From Candidatus Electronema aureum (GTDB taxonomy: Bacteria > Desulfobacterota > Desulfobulbia > Desulfobulbales > Desulfobulbaceae): a stretch of 32,000 nt of DNA. This document shows, piece by piece, positions 30,981 to 32,000 of this stretch; the stretch's first letter is position 1, and each line of letters opens with the position of its first letter. Below the pieces are notes generated by a model, which saw only the letters and a list, made by a program, of their open reading frames with translations, searched no databases and was not told the origin of the DNA. The translations under genes and the position numbers were made by a program. The DNA lies in contig NQJD01000014.1 in NCBI GenBank assembly GCA_004284765.1, forward strand, positions 1 to 32,000. Reading direction: 5' to 3'.

Positions 30981-32000
30981 TCAGCTGGCCCGATCCGCAG
31001 TGACCAGCTCGGCATACAACCCCTGCTGTTTGAGCAGCTCGTCATGGCTGCCCAGTTCGGTTAATCTGCCCTGAGAAAAGACCGCAATCCGGTCGGCTTG
31101 ACGAACAGTGGACAAACGGTGAGCAATCACCAGTAGGGTTCTGCCTGCAAAACCACTGCGCACGGCCTGCTCTAGCATTTGCTCGGCCTCGCTATCGACG
31201 GAGGACGTTGCTTCGTCGAGAATCAGAACAGCTGGGTCGCGGCAGAGGACACGGGCAAAGGCGAGCAGCTGTTTTTCACCAGCAGAAAGATCAAGGCCGC
31301 CTTCACCGATGCGGGTATCTAACCCCTGCGGCAGCCGGGCAATGAACGCATCTAAGCCAGTGCGGACCAAGAGCTGATAAATTTCTGAACGGTTCAGGTG
31401 AGTGTCTTGCCGGATATTGGCCAGTACGGTGTCTGGTTCAATTAGCGGGTCTTGCAGCACCAAGCCGATTTTGCGGCGCAAGGTTTGCGGAGCAAATTCG
31501 CGCAAATCGTGGCCATCCAGCAGAATGCGGCCAGCGGCAGGATCATAAAATCGAACTAAGAGACTAACTAAGGTTGTTTTACCCGCGCCGGTGGGGCCAG
31601 TGATGGCGATGGTTTCCCCGGCTTTGATGTGCAGATCAACCTCACGCAGCACAGTTTGGCTTCCTTCTCGCTCCCCGCCGTTTTCGTCCTCTTCCTGATA
31701 GGTAAAGCTGACCTGCTCAAAGCGGATATCGCCTTTAATTCGTTCACCATCTAAGGGTACGGCAGGCTCCATAATGCTGCCAGAGATATCGAGCAGCTCG
31801 AAAATCCGCTCTGCTGAAGCTAAGGCCGACTGCACCACCGAATATTTGCGGGCGATTTCCTGCATAGGCTGAAAAAAAAGGCGCATGTAGGCGAGAAAAG
31901 CGGTTAGCTCGCCCAGCGTCAGCTGCTGCCGTAGCACCTCGCCGCCGCCGTACCAAAGAACAGAGGCCGTAGCCAAGGCAGAAAGCACTTCGGTCAGCGG
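30981..32000 (-). CDS. ABC exporter (fused permease/ATPase, MsbA-like), C-terminal part; 5' end is beyond the right window edge
   Basis: Motifs present: Walker A GPTGAGKTT, signature LSAGEKQLLAFAR, Walker B LILDEATSSVD, H-loop IAHRLST. The reading frame stays open to position 32000 (...PLTEVLSALATASVLWYGGG). Confidence 0.85.
   Translation of the reverse strand, partial: PLTEVLSALATASVLWYGGGEVLRQQLTLGELTAFLAYMRLFFQPMQEIARKYSVVQSALASAERIFELLDISGSIMEPAVPLDGERIKGDIRFEQVSFTYQEEDENGGEREGSQTVLREVDLHIKAGETIAITGPTGAGKTTLVSLLVRFYDPAAGRILLDGHDLREFAPQTLRRKIGLVLQDPLIEPDTVLANIRQDTHLNRSEIYQLLVRTGLDAFIARLPQGLDTRIGEGGLDLSAGEKQLLAFARVLCRDPAVLILDEATSSVDSEAEQMLEQAVRSGFAGRTLLVIAHRLSTVRQADRIAVFSQGRLTELGSHDELLKQQGLYAELVTADRAS

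Overview
This is a 32-kb chromosomal window from a Gram-negative bacterium, judged by the presence of LptE, TonB and HflKC. The mglBA pair and the general look of the proteins suggest a Desulfobacterota/deltaproteobacterial-type organism, but taxonomy cannot be settled without a database search.

Conserved backbone:
- Minus strand: pheS-rplT-rpmI-infC-thrS, preceded by tRNA-Val(GAC).
- Plus strand: rhomboid protease, hflK, hflC, then later an Mrp/NBP35 ATPase and an MBL-fold hydrolase.
- Minus strand: lptE-leuS; an intein-containing dnaB; rplI, a DUF2232 membrane protein, rpsR and rpsF; and the 3' part of an ABC exporter gene.

Accessory or unusual content:
1. A low-GC insertion (DDE transposase 5' end plus a Uma2 nuclease) lies directly after pheS, where pheT is expected.
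2. At 9.0-11.6 kb there is an islet with two tandem Cys-rich HesB/IscA-like genes, each followed by a nested-palindrome REP-like element. It also holds a hypothetical gene, an RHH/RelE toxin-antitoxin pair and an orphan antitoxin whose 3' end is replaced by a REP copy.
3. At 13.5-16.1 kb there is a low-GC membrane protein with a duplicated Cys-containing domain, next to a TonB-family gene.
4. A 113-bp MITE-like nested-hairpin element lies at 16.2 kb.
5. The strongest candidate for something undescribed is an mglB-mglA operon extended by a 1343-aa hyper-acidic protein. That protein carries a duplicated N-terminal domain, about 20 'FF-in-acidic-tract' short motifs and a helical C-terminal domain.
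6. An intein-free, C-terminal-domain-only DnaB paralogue lies immediately downstream of the intein-bearing dnaB. Its motif H1a reads SLGMS instead of SLEMS.

No CRISPR array, rRNA or prophage was seen. All family calls come from reading the translations, and no searches were run.
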